Of a stretch of 64,000 nucleotides of DNA, positions 19,092-26,982 are shown in pieces. The translations under genes were made by a program, and so were the position numbers. The stretch is from a virus: positions 1 to 64,000 of IMG/VR virus record IMGVR_UViG_3300033141_001941. One strand, given 5' to 3'. The notes under the pieces were generated by a model. It was not told the DNA's origin. It was given only the letters and a program-made list of their open reading frames with translations, and made no database searches. How positions within the stretch are numbered: position 1 is the stretch's first letter; every line of letters begins with the position of its first letter.

Positions 19092-22000
19092 CTAATTAAC
19101 CGTCTCCGTCCAAGTTTCTTCCGTGCCAGTGCCCTCGAAGCCTTCGTCGATGAGGACGCTTGCGAAAATGACATCCATCTCAAGATTCCCGAGCCACCCG
19201 GAATAGTCATCAGGCAAGAAGCCGTCGTTGTTTGTGCTGTTGTTGATAATAGTGCCGTCGCGCTCTCGCAGCGACACGGAAACCATGTCTTCGCTGTTTT
19301 TCACTTCCAACAATGCCCAGCCAACCGGAGTGTCAGACTCACCATCCCCATCATAACCGGCAGACATCCCAGCATGATACCAAGCTGCTTTATTATCAAC
19401 GACTGCCTCCCTGCAAGATAAATGCTTCACCCCTCTACCAAGCGGACTCGCAAAGATATGCGGCCAAGGGTCCGCATCGTTAGAAGCATCATCTATTGCC
19501 GCAAAGTGTCTGTCAGCGCCAAGCCATATCACGTTTTGATTCTGGAAATTTTCTACGATGAAACGTCGCATGGCGCAGCGCCACCAAAAGTTTGGATGAT
19601 AGATATATGCGCTGCCGATAAGAATTAAAAATGTGTCATTAACTGAAACGCCATCACTTACCAGATCTACCCCAGAAAAAGAGAGTGTGTCGCCATCATA
19701 CGTATCAACAACATCGTAGCAGTTACCGGCCGCGGTTCCGTCCATAATTACAACTGTTCTGCCATTGTGCTGATCGTTATCCCAATTCGCGCTTGATGCT
19801 GTCAATGTAGTCGCAGTCACGTTGGCAACTGTCTTGGTCCACCCAAGCCCTGAGTGGGCTTTTACTACCACGGTGTTGTCTGCGCTGTTCCACATCCACT
19901 TATTTTCATCACAATTCCCGTCAAAATCAGATGTTGAAGCAACTTCACGGAACGGGCCACGATTGCCACTTGCGTTATACATATAAAACACGCCGCCAGG
20001 CTTAGACGAGTAGGTCGTCTGAGATTTTATCAGCAAACCAGAGCCATAGGAATCCCAATTAAGATTGTCTCCGATATAGGTCATGCCGTCGTAATCACAC
20101 CACTTATCCCAATTACCGATCTCACCGTGCATAAGTGGTGTTTCCGAGACGAGTATTTTCCATCCAGCAGAAGACTCAAGAAGCTGCTTCACCCAAGTAC
20201 GCTGAACGTGTCCAGCTTCGATGTTGGCTTTATCTGAGCCGTGTTCGCTAAGACCAGACTCGTAAAACCTGATTGTGTCGTTTGCGGGAGAGTTTGTCAT
20301 TGCCCAACACAGCTCAATGTGATTGTCGTCATGGATCGTCTTTATCAGACCGTATTCGCCGTCGGTAACGTTCTCGACAAGATCTCCTTCACAGAGATAG
20401 GTAGTGAAGCTCTGACCAGTTGTATATATGTGTGTAGTTGTAGAACTTCCCGTAGCCGTGCAGGAGTCCCCGTAGTCGCCATCACCGTCAAGATCTTTAC
20501 TCAAATTGTTATTTACAAAGCCGTACACGGTCCCGTCGAACTTATCGCCTCCAGGGGTCCTGTTCGGGTCCCGCTTATAGCGAATATCCACGACGATAAA
20601 CAACACGTTGGCAATCTTAAACGTGTGCCATAAACCGCCACGCTGAATCAGATATGGGTCTGGGGTAGCGAATGACTCCGATCCGCTCAGCGCTTCACAG
20701 AAGTGGATTGTCGTGCCTGTATTATTTCGCACAATTGCATATTCAGACGCTCCGGTGTTGCCTCGCGTGCCGGTGATTTTCCGTACTACTTGCCCAGGGT
20801 ATATGCCGTATTTGCCAGCTTTTGGGAACGTGTAAATATTACTAAGCGACCCGCTTGTGCTCCACGTGCCGTTCGTAACGACATCTGCACTATCAAGCAC
20901 GGATGTGTTGTCATCAAGCTGCAAGATCATGATCTTGTCATCTGAATCATAATAGATCAGCGTCCCTGTATCGGTTCCGCTATTCCACGAGACAGAATCA
21001 CCAACAACAGGCGTACCGCCAGTCACGGACGAATACGTGAACTGCCTCTCTGGAGTCTTGGAGTCAGTAAGCGTTGTGGCTGATCCTCCAACGCCAGAAG
21101 AATCTGTCTGGTCCCAGTCATTTGGGGCTTCGAGATCGTAAAGCGGTGTATTTTCCTTAAACGCCTTCAGAGCATTGTAGCACTCTTTCGGCTCAGGTCC
21201 GGTGTCATATCGCCCCTCTCCGATCTTGTGGCCGTTGTTAGTTAGATGATCATGATCAGACCAGATTCGGCAAAACGGATATTGCATCAGTAGCGGTTCT
21301 AGGTAGTCAACGGAAAACCCGTGCAGCCCACGCCTGCTTAGCGCCGATTCTCGATAAGATTCTAGCGCATCATTAGCCGGATCTGGATGCTCGTCACCTA
21401 GCTGAAAAAAGACCACAGGATTATGCGTTGCCATGTGATGAAATGTAGTTGGTTCTACTGTACCATGAATATCGCCAGCGGCTGTGAAATTGAAATCAAC
21501 GGAAGAATCTTCCGCCGGAAAGGTCTTGCATGACGGTAAATTTGTTTGCCAGAAGTCATCATAACCAACACTTTCGATCAAGGACATGGGTGTGTAAACA
21601 TCAGTATTCTGCTTGACATACACATCAAAATAATATGTCTGATTGGCACTCAAGCCCGTGATCTCGAAAACGACGCAATAGTTATCATCCGAACTCGGTG
21701 TCATAGTAGCTGAGGTGCTACCAGTACCGGCCCGAACAGTCGCTTCGTTCGTGCCATAGAGCAAATACACGGGATTCGCGCCGCTTACTCGCACCCAGAC
21801 ACGAATACTACTATCGGTCACACCTCCGAAGATCGGCCCGTGCGTGACTATTCCTGCATCGCTAGTGGCCGAAATAATGTCTCTCCAGGCTCCACTGAGT
21901 TTGAAACCAGCTATTTCTGTTATATTAACAGAAGTCCTGGCAACTTGATCCACGTCTTCTAGGTTCGACCAATTCCAGGGATTCTCTAACCAAGGATTTT

Positions 22001-23660
22001 CAAGCCAAAGTATATACTTGTTCTTCAGGGTTTGGCCGTTCTCCCAGTCATCTTGTTTGTTTGTGCTAAGCATCGAGCCATAAAAGCCTTTGTATGAGTC
22101 TGTGGCTCGGCCGCAGGTCCTGAAATACTCACGCACAGCGATAATAGATGTGTTCGATATTTGATCCGGGATGCTGTTTGAATGATCTAGGCGTACGCCA
22201 GTAGAAACTGCTTTTGTAGAATCGAAATAATAAGTATCGTCATCCTTATTCAGCACATCGTCTGCAACAGACCAGTCACCGATGTCGTTATCGTTTACTG
22301 AGGCGTTACGAATGAAAATATCGTTGAAGCGCGCATCAAAATACTCTGCTAGATTTTTATCACAGCCGCCAATTTGAAACTCCTCAACATCAACAGATGT
22401 CGCAGTCCACGAGCCAATAGTGGTTTCGCTAGCATCCCAAACTTTTACCCAGCACGAACCACCGCTTATATACCGTAATTCATATCTGAGCCAGGTACTA
22501 TTGCTCACATCCAACCAACTGCTTGTATATGTGCCGCCGCTAGTACACCCTTTCACTCTGACACGAGCCTGACTGCTATCGTTATCTGCTTCGACTTGCA
22601 ACAGAAAAGTGCTAGATGTGTTGTTTCTGAGTCGCAAAACATCCTTTGCCCAATAGCCAGTCGCGCCTATTAAATACATATACCAACGCACGCGGAGCTG
22701 AGAATAATTACACGCGCGGTTTAACTGACACTTGCTGTTAGCTCCGGACGCATGATACGCCCTAAGAACTTCTGTGCCGCCGTTATGTGTATCGCTATAG
22801 TTTAGATTAAGAACGCCGGACCCCTCTAAATCTTGATTCCAGCCAGAATTATCGGCACCGCTGTTCGGCCCCTGGAAGCTCTCAAAAAGAACGAAACCGT
22901 CTACGCCGTCAGGAGTAGCTATTGCACAGGGCGTATGACCTGATTCTCTGGGTCCGATGTAGAGCCCTTGAGCAGTTTGCCTGATGACCCCCGCCGGAGT
23001 ATTATCGCTGCTCGTCGTGCCCCACTTGAAGGCGTCGAAGTAGACTTTACACGCTGCGCTGGCGGTAGTCCATGTAATTCCTCCACGAAAATATAATATA
23101 GTATCCCCGGTTGTATAGCCACTACCAGAGTAGCTATCAACCAATGTGTATGAACCGTTATCACAGGAATAGATCTTATACCCAGCAGTGCTTGCAGTAT
23201 AATAGACTTTTGCAAAGTACCATGTGTTGATGGAAAGGCTTGCGCTAGAGTATGCTGGGTATACCCAACCTCCATCATGATAATGAGTAAGCCGAACTCT
23301 TAAGTCACCAGTACCGTCGTTGTCTTTTACTTGCAGATAAACTCTATTTGCATTTGATGAATTCTGTCCGAGTGCTGGTTGTATATATTCTCCTGTAGCA
23401 AGTCCTTCTTGGGAGATGTAAAAGTAAAACATCCAGTAGTTGTCAGATTGTGCAGAAGCTGCAGTATAACGAGCAACAGCGTATTGATCAGAACCCCCGG
23501 CAACTGTCGCACTAATGCAGTATTCACCAAGCCCAGGCGGCGGGTTGCCAGGTAGAGACTCATTCCAGACGACATCGCAGTTAGTGTCAACTAACTCAGT
23601 CCAGTCAGTAGGTGGACTATCCGTCCCGCTCTCGAAATTCTGCTCGTGGATTAGGCTCAT
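19092..23660 (-). CDS. Giant virion-associated protein: two LamG-like modules plus a PhoD-like metallophosphoesterase with large insertions
   Basis: 1522 aa. Residues ~606-690 look like a PhoD N-terminal domain (GPIFGGVTDSSIRVWVRV...TGLSANQTYYFDV). Metallophosphatase motifs are FTAAGDIHG, FFQLGDEHPD, RIWSDHDH and VIWLGADRHF. They are spread over residues ~725-1390 (nt ~19251-21845) with inserted beta-rich segments. Confidence 0.6.
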   Translation of the reverse strand: MSLIHEQNFESGTDSPPTDWTELVDTNCDVVWNESLPGNPPPGLGEYCISATVAGGSDQYAVARYTAASAQSDNYWMFYFYISQEGLATGEYIQPALGQNSSNANRVYLQVKDNDGTGDLRVRLTHYHDGGWVYPAYSSASLSINTWYFAKVYYTASTAGYKIYSCDNGSYTLVDSYSGSGYTTGDTILYFRGGITWTTASAACKVYFDAFKWGTTSSDNTPAGVIRQTAQGLYIGPRESGHTPCAIATPDGVDGFVLFESFQGPNSGADNSGWNQDLEGSGVLNLNYSDTHNGGTEVLRAYHASGANSKCQLNRACNYSQLRVRWYMYLIGATGYWAKDVLRLRNNTSSTFLLQVEADNDSSQARVRVKGCTSGGTYTSSWLDVSNSTWLRYELRYISGGSCWVKVWDASETTIGSWTATSVDVEEFQIGGCDKNLAEYFDARFNDIFIRNASVNDNDIGDWSVADDVLNKDDDTYYFDSTKAVSTGVRLDHSNSIPDQISNTSIIAVREYFRTCGRATDSYKGFYGSMLSTNKQDDWENGQTLKNKYILWLENPWLENPWNWSNLEDVDQVARTSVNITEIAGFKLSGAWRDIISATSDAGIVTHGPIFGGVTDSSIRVWVRVSGANPVYLLYGTNEATVRAGTGSTSATMTPSSDDNYCVVFEITGLSANQTYYFDVYVKQNTDVYTPMSLIESVGYDDFWQTNLPSCKTFPAEDSSVDFNFTAAGDIHGTVEPTTFHHMATHNPVVFFQLGDEHPDPANDALESYRESALSRRGLHGFSVDYLEPLLMQYPFCRIWSDHDHLTNNGHKIGEGRYDTGPEPKECYNALKAFKENTPLYDLEAPNDWDQTDSSGVGGSATTLTDSKTPERQFTYSSVTGGTPVVGDSVSWNSGTDTGTLIYYDSDDKIMILQLDDNTSVLDSADVVTNGTWSTSGSLSNIYTFPKAGKYGIYPGQVVRKITGTRGNTGASEYAIVRNNTGTTIHFCEALSGSESFATPDPYLIQRGGLWHTFKIANVLFIVVDIRYKRDPNRTPGGDKFDGTVYGFVNNNLSKDLDGDGDYGDSCTATGSSTTTHIYTTGQSFTTYLCEGDLVENVTDGEYGLIKTIHDDNHIELCWAMTNSPANDTIRFYESGLSEHGSDKANIEAGHVQRTWVKQLLESSAGWKILVSETPLMHGEIGNWDKWCDYDGMTYIGDNLNWDSYGSGLLIKSQTTYSSKPGGVFYMYNASGNRGPFREVASTSDFDGNCDENKWMWNSADNTVVVKAHSGLGWTKTVANVTATTLTASSANWDNDQHNGRTVVIMDGTAAGNCYDVVDTYDGDTLSFSGVDLVSDGVSVNDTFLILIGSAYIYHPNFWWRCAMRRFIVENFQNQNVIWLGADRHFAAIDDASNDADPWPHIFASPLGRGVKHLSCREAVVDNKAAWYHAGMSAGYDGDGESDTPVGWALLEVKNSEDMVSVSLRERDGTIINNSTNNDGFLPDDYSGWLGNLEMDVIFASVLIDEGFEGTGTEETWTETVN

Positions 23661-23893
23661 TCAACTACCTTTCCATCCAACACGTCCACCAGCTCCCCAC
23701 CAAATCCCCTAATGACTGCTTCTACTTTTTCAGCGCAGGCGAGTTCCTGCTCTTGAGACACGCCCTCTGGAAATTCTATATGCGCTTGATACCCCTCACC
23801 ACGCATAATAAACCTTACGGTTCCACCAAACGACGCTACAACAGCTTCTATAATCCGCATAATGTTAGCGTCATGTTCAGCCTGCGTGAGCAT
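23657..23893 (-). CDS. Small acidic hypothetical protein
   Basis: 78-aa ORF, overlapping the neighbours by a few nt. Confidence 0.5.
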   Translation of the reverse strand: MLTQAEHDANIMRIIEAVVASFGGTVRFIMRGEGYQAHIEFPEGVSQEQELACAEKVEAVIRGFGGELVDVLDGKVVE

Positions 23894-24167
23894 GAGTCTT
23901 CACACTATACAATTCCACTTCAATAGCAGCAATCAGCTCCGCCTTCTTCATACCACGGGGGTCAATATCAAGCTCATTTTCGTCAATGTATTGCAGCAAG
24001 TCTTTCTTTGTGAACTCGCTAAAATCCACCGCGACCTCCGGTTCAGCCTCAACAACCTGCTTCTGCTCGTCGGCAGCGGACGCGGGCTTCATATGAGCGA
24101 TCTTCTTACCAGCAGCTTGCCTTGCACGATTCCTTGCTCTCATCTTCCTAAAAGTACTCGCACTCAT
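23877..24167 (-). CDS. Small protein with HeH/SAP-like (Rho-N-like) motif
   Basis: The likely start is MSASTFRKM at 24167, because the track start at 24242 lies inside the terminator hairpin. FTKKDLLQYIDENELDIDPRGMKKAELIAAI resembles a HeH/SAP helix-extended-helix. Confidence 0.5.
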   Translation of the reverse strand: MSASTFRKMRARNRARQAAGKKIAHMKPASAADEQKQVVEAEPEVAVDFSEFTKKDLLQYIDENELDIDPRGMKKAELIAAIEVELYSVKTHAHAG

Positions 24168-24186
24168 TTTCCTGTTATCTCCCTTC

Positions 24187-24238
24187 AAAATAAAAAACAG
24201 GGGTCCTTCGAAACACTCCACACGAGAGGACCCCTGTT
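24187..24238 (-). terminator. Rho-independent terminator/attenuator downstream of the major capsid gene
   Basis: The minus strand has an 11-bp stem, AACAGGGGTCC ...21 nt... GGACCCCTGTT, followed by TTTTTTATTTT. Confidence 0.65.
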
Positions 24239-24307
24239 CCACGGTAAAACAATTCCCATCTTCATAGCCCCTCCCGTTTTGCTCCCTAGACTAATGAAGA
24301 CTATTGT

Positions 24308-25342
24308 CTACGGATAAATCGCGTTGGTTCGCAAGAACACAACACCAACGTTCTTCACACTCGATGCTACGCGATCCCAAGCCGTAGCTGCCTCACACTC
24401 CGTATTGGTAGGAGTAATAGCAGACGGAGACGCCGTAAACTGAAAACCTCTGGGATGCAGCACAAAATGCCGCCGATGGATAAGAATATCCACACCAGCC
24501 AAAGAATCCCTGTCGGTCTCAATCGGCACCGGCGCTTGTCCTTCACCACGAGCAAAAGCTCCAGGCTTAAACAGAACACTGGTATACCGCGACGTAGACG
24601 CAGTAGACGTTTTCGGCAAGGAGTCATCCACAATAAGAGTCTTCCCGAGATACGTACCGAACCCAATGTCCTGAGCACTGGTAGGCTCAAACGTGATAAG
24701 ATTCTGCTTCTGCATACAAGCATAAATCTTACTGTGAACGGCCATAGCAGTAAGTTCAAGAGAACTGTCTCCGAGCAGCGCCGTCGCGTCGATAACCGCA
24801 TCAGCGTCAATAGACGTAGACGGGCCGGTTGCCGTGGAACTCGAAATATCATGAACAAGGTCGCTGGAGTCGTTCGCAACGTTGTCAGCATACACACCCT
24901 TGAGAATCGACACGAGCAACGCCTGCTCTTTGATATTCCACCACTCGGCGATCATATCGGCCAACGCACGCATCGGATCACTACCAGCAAGAGCCTTTGC
25001 CACATCCTCAGCTCCCCATGCTTTACCACGGGTGAACAGCGGAGCAATTTCCTTGCCGGTATCCATTGCAGTGACAGTCAGGTCGGAATCGGTCGCACCA
25101 GTACCAGACCCAATGACCTCATCGTCACCACTCAGCGCCTTCCAGAACGGAATATTGATCAGCTTCCCACCACGCCGGGCCAGCTCGTCCATTCTGGGGT
25201 CACGAATAACAATACCAGAGCGCACGAGATTTGACTTCTCATACATACGCTCCGTAACATACGGAACAAAAACACTGGGAACCACAACTACTCCAGTTCC
25301 ACCAGCACCAGTTCCTACTCTAATCGGTCCATCACCAGGCAT
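24308..25342 (-). CDS. Major capsid protein (HK97-fold type, probable)
   Basis: 344 aa. It lies directly after a scaffold-like gene and before a strong terminator. The composition is typical of major capsid proteins. No motif proof. Confidence 0.6.
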   Translation of the reverse strand: MPGDGPIRVGTGAGGTGVVVVPSVFVPYVTERMYEKSNLVRSGIVIRDPRMDELARRGGKLINIPFWKALSGDDEVIGSGTGATDSDLTVTAMDTGKEIAPLFTRGKAWGAEDVAKALAGSDPMRALADMIAEWWNIKEQALLVSILKGVYADNVANDSSDLVHDISSSTATGPSTSIDADAVIDATALLGDSSLELTAMAVHSKIYACMQKQNLITFEPTSAQDIGFGTYLGKTLIVDDSLPKTSTASTSRYTSVLFKPGAFARGEGQAPVPIETDRDSLAGVDILIHRRHFVLHPRGFQFTASPSAITPTNTECEAATAWDRVASSVKNVGVVFLRTNAIYP

Positions 25343-25373
25343 GAATAATCACACTCCTTTCTTTATGGTACCA

Positions 25374-26321
25374 CTACGGGTACAATTCAATACCAGCCGC
25401 CCGAGCCAACCGTGCAGCCTTCTCAGGTTCTTCAGCCGCAAGACGGTTTTGCTCAGTCAAATTGAAATGTTCTTTACTAAACGGGTTTTTCTCACTTCCG
25501 CCACCGCTACCACCGCCGCTTCCGCTAGCACCACTACCAGATGCGCCGGTTCCAACAAGCAAATCATCTCGGGCTGGATCTTTTTCAACAATCAGCGACA
25601 ATGCTTCGTCGAAGTCAGCTGGTTCACCGGGGCGTTCACGAGAGTAAATCCGCTCCCCGCTGTCCGGGTAGTATCCAAACACCCGGTAGTTGCCGTCTTC
25701 ACCCTTTTCAATCTTGAAGCAACTACCAAAGTAAGCCAGCGCAACCTTGGAGTTCATTGCCAACTGCTCTTGCACGAACTTGCTCGTACTAAACTGATTG
25801 TCAACCAGCAGTTGCTTAATCGTACCGTCACGATCATCCAACTGCTTCTCAAGATCCTCAATTTTCTTAGCAAACGACGCCTTCTGCGAGTCAAGCTGCT
25901 TTTGCAACCCTTCCTGTGCCTGCCGCTTAATGGTCTCAACTTCCCCGGCCTTGATCAATTCACCGTCCTTTAGATTCTTCACAGTTTCAGCAGCTTCAGA
26001 CAACTGCTTAACCGTTTCGGACAGCAACTCGTCATCATCCGGCAACTCGATTCCAACCTCTTCAAACAACTTCAGCTTAGAAAGTGCCTTTTCCTTTTCT
26101 TTACGATGAGACGCCGCTTCATTACGCAAAGCCGGAACCTGCGTGTACAGGTTTATGGGGTCAATAGCAAAAGGCTCGGCTCCTTCTTTCGCATCGTCCA
26201 CAACCAGAGGCAATCCCTTGTCGTTCACTTTAATTCCTTCACCATCTTCTGTCTTAACAAATTGCAGTGGCATAACTAACCTCCCTTTCTCCCATCTGGG
26301 AATGAAACCTTTGTCGGTCAT
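25374..26321 (-). CDS. Capsid scaffolding protein (probable)
   Basis: 315 aa with a long charged coiled-coil-like centre and a GTGASGSGASGSGGGSGGGS linker. It is immediately upstream of the capsid gene. Confidence 0.55.
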   Translation of the reverse strand: MTDKGFIPRWEKGRLVMPLQFVKTEDGEGIKVNDKGLPLVVDDAKEGAEPFAIDPINLYTQVPALRNEAASHRKEKEKALSKLKLFEEVGIELPDDDELLSETVKQLSEAAETVKNLKDGELIKAGEVETIKRQAQEGLQKQLDSQKASFAKKIEDLEKQLDDRDGTIKQLLVDNQFSTSKFVQEQLAMNSKVALAYFGSCFKIEKGEDGNYRVFGYYPDSGERIYSRERPGEPADFDEALSLIVEKDPARDDLLVGTGASGSGASGSGGGSGGGSEKNPFSKEHFNLTEQNRLAAEEPEKAARLARAAGIELYP

Positions 26322-26362
26322 CTGACCAAAACACCCGACAATCTATGAAGCATCAGCTCCGT

Positions 26363-26404
26363 TAAAAACAAAAAACCCGACAGCACGAACACAAACCGTC
26401 GGGT
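26363..26404 (-). terminator. Rho-independent terminator 42 nt upstream of the scaffold start codon
   Basis: The minus strand reads ACCCGAC-GGTTTGTGTTCGTGCT-GTCGGGT followed by TTTTTTGTTTTT. Confidence 0.6.
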
Positions 26405-26645
26405 CAAAAGAATATACAACGTGGTCTTAAGAATATCCGTTACATATCGTTCTCTTTAGCTTTAATCCATCTTCAACACCTCCCTTAGTTACATATCAAC
26501 TTCTTGCTTCAGCCGAACGTTCTTAACCCCTCCTTTATTAAAGAATATCGTTAAAGTAAATATAATATTGCCTGTATACTGAAGATCCCTGTAATATACA
26601 AGCATTTCCCGAATCCGTTGCAACAACTCGTTGACTTTTTCCACT

Positions 26646-26675
26646 ATCTTACTCCATAAAATAAACACAAGTCAA
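26646..26675 (-). promoter_or_regulatory. Sigma70-like promoter (TTGACT - 18 nt - TAAGAT)
   Basis: The -35 element is at 26675..26670 and the -10 at 26651..26646. It lies just downstream of the 99-aa ORF stop and drives a ~240-nt leader ending at the terminator above. Confidence 0.4.
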
Positions 26676-26682
26676 GCATATT

Positions 26683-26982
26683 TTACCGCTTCTTAGTGTA
26701 TCTGTCCCATTCCACGGAAACCCCTATTTTTGCACTCATTTCTGACAAAGCCATACTAAAAAAGTGCATATTTTCAATAGGAAGAGTTCTGACAATAACG
26801 TAATCATCTATCCTCGGGGAGACACCAATCTTGTATTCATGTTCTTCAAGTAAATAGTCTATCACCTTTCCGAAAATACGACGACTTCCAGGAAAGTATA
26901 CCTCAAAATCTTCAGGAAGGTCCTCATCCCACTCCAAATATCCTTTCTTTCCTCGCCATTCTAAACCAACCTTTCTTATCAT
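26683..26982 (-). CDS. Hypothetical protein
   Basis: 99-aa ORF, overlapping the stop of the MuF-like gene by 4 nt. Confidence 0.5.
   Translation of the reverse strand: MIRKVGLEWRGKKGYLEWDEDLPEDFEVYFPGSRRIFGKVIDYLLEEHEYKIGVSPRIDDYVIVRTLPIENMHFFSMALSEMSAKIGVSVEWDRYTKKR

Noticed and set aside
24882-25973. 363-aa plus-strand ORF, and the many other plus-strand ORFs in the track (e.g. 12533..13135, 24455..25234, 41137..41883, 52917..53540, 62845..63573)
   Set aside because: All lie antisense to well-supported minus-strand genes. They have biased (Ser/Pro/Thr/Arg-rich) composition, lack SD sites and carry no motifs, which is typical of shadow ORFs.
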